A stretch of 62,670 nt of DNA, the filler included, from Thermodesulfobacteriota bacterium (GTDB lineage: Bacteria; DASVDK01), in assembly GCA_036381125.1 (NCBI GenBank). It is 6 parts of 6 records of this genome, joined end to end, with 100 filler letters (N's around TTAATTAATTAA, not from the genome) between each part and the next. Parts side by side here need not be neighbours in the genome. Positions count along the whole stretch, not along the records: positions 56,709 to 62,670 come from DASVDK010000348.1; 5 more parts are not named here. The stretch is one strand, 5' to 3'. Positions 62,630 to 62,670 of the stretch are shown in pieces. Position numbers and translations under genes: made by a program. The notes under the pieces were generated by a model. That model was not told the origin of the DNA. It made no database searches and was given only the letters and a program-made list of their open reading frames with translations. Each line of letters opens with the position of its first letter. The first letter of the stretch is position 1.

Positions 62630-62670
62630 CTAGGAGGGCGGCCACCACCAGCACGAGGTCAGAAGGCGCG
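62630..62670 (-). CDS. trpL: trp leader peptide (5' end outside window)
   Basis: ...RLLTSCWWWPPS*; three tandem TGG at 62642-62650. Confidence 0.85.
   Translation of the reverse strand, partial: RLLTSCWWWPPS

Overview
The window is not one continuous locus. It is six contig pieces joined by artificial 100-nt spacers (N44-TTAATTAATTAA-N44) from a very GC-rich bacterium. The style of the dcw, nuo and selB genes looks Deltaproteobacteria/Myxococcota-like, probably a MAG; this is inference only. Piece 1 (1-20895): two ABC-transporter sets, a GntR-led B12-dependent acyl-CoA mutase cluster with 2-hydroxyisobutyryl-CoA mutase signatures (hcmB-hcl-HAD-hcmA-eamA), a DUF481-like barrel, and treZ-treY-glgX-clc. 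Piece 2 (20996-28978) is the most unusual. It holds four REC-less LytTR regulators, three with PrpR_N-like N-termini, arranged as two convergent paralog pairs. One of them is translationally coupled to an XRE + ImmA/IrrE protease switch, and two of them share an upstream DNA motif. A LysR/TauE pair follows. Piece 3 (29079-35216): dcw genes ftsW-murG-murC-ftsQ-ftsA-ftsZ'. Piece 4 (35317-42494): 'nadE, an orphan TRAP DctP next to an MCP, an MFS transporter, PhzF and folB. Piece 5 (42595-56608): an acyl-CoA dehydrogenase/CoA-transferase/quinone reductase trio, an NHL + HupE/UreJ pair, selB, rhomboid-TPR and nuoLMN. Piece 6 (56709-62670): an attC-like hairpin with a possible intI scrap, a VOC gene, a decayed gene, a tandem array of a 25-bp REP-like repeat that also occurs in two other contigs, a CPBP-like protease, a methyltransferase, and fused trpE(G) with a WWW attenuator. 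All product calls come from motif recognition by eye; no database search was run.
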